This document shows positions 63,611-64,000 of a stretch of DNA of 64,000 nucleotides, one piece after another. The translations under genes were made by a program, and so were the position numbers. The DNA is taken from NCBI GenBank assembly GCA_013265495.1, contig MU057781.1:746001-810000 (forward strand), written 5' to 3'. The DNA is from Vicugna vicugna (Eukaryota). The notes beneath the pieces were generated by a model. It was not told where the DNA came from. It saw only the letters and a list, made by a program, of their open reading frames with translations, and ran no database searches. Positions within the stretch are counted from its first letter, which is position 1. Each line of letters opens with the position of its first letter.

Positions 63611-64000
63611 AGGCCTGGCCTCTGAGGCACCAGGGAGATGCGCAAGGAAACACGGCGGTGTCAGGGAGCAGCCCCGAGCCCACACCGCGGCTCAGCATCC
63701 TGGTGGGCTTTGGGTCCAGGGCGGGAGCGGGGCGCACACAGAGGCCGGACCGAGGGCGGAGGGGCCTCACCAGGGCGGGCACGGCAGGGACTCGGAGAGC
63801 AGCTGGCGGAGTGCGTCCTCCCAGCACGGGGGGCGGGGGGGGGACCAGGGGGCAGACGTGAGCACCAGCAGGCCCAGGGGCCTCCAGGGGAGATGGGGTC
63901 TGAGGGTATGATCCTTGGATGGAGGGGGCATTCCACGACGGCCCAGGCACGGGGAACAGTTGGTGTTTTTAAAGGAGCGGTCAGTGCATGAAGAACACAG

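Noticed and set aside
57900..64000. Next LRRC27 exon (ALQERNLEEKIKQH-like)
   Set aside because: No matching peptide seen by eye; probably beyond the window, though a diverged copy could have been missed.

Overview
Eukaryotic (mammalian) genomic DNA, GC-rich and repeat-laden, so almost all ORFs in the supplied six-frame track are spurious. Two tRNA-derived SINEs resemble the camelid Vic-1 family, which suggests a camelid genome. The window holds two head-to-head genes. (1) STK32C, minus strand: first coding exon 19606-19345 in a CpG island, with positions 1-19344 forming intron 1; the kinase-domain exons lie outside the window. (2) LRRC27, plus strand: a CpG-island promoter at about 32.9-33.7 kb, a non-coding first exon, and coding exons at 34690-34896, 37247-37377, 40673-40731, 46879-47031, ~49186-49549, 50547-50693, 53291-53387 and 57763-57879. 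The remaining 3' exons were not found and probably lie beyond the window. The rest is mostly old L1, L2, MIR, MLT1/MLT2/ERVL and MER5/Tigger fragments. I found no evidence of a wholly new multi-gene system. The best leads are an apparent frameshift in LRRC27 coding exon 8, a shifted splice acceptor, a uORF, a candidate poison exon, an internal MGxxxS start in STK32C, a candidate upstream STK32C first exon, several RFX X-boxes, a twin-primed inverted L1, and a ~770-bp hexamer expansion inside an ERVL LTR. All gene and repeat-family identifications come from recalled sequence similarity, not database searches, and repeat boundaries are approximate.
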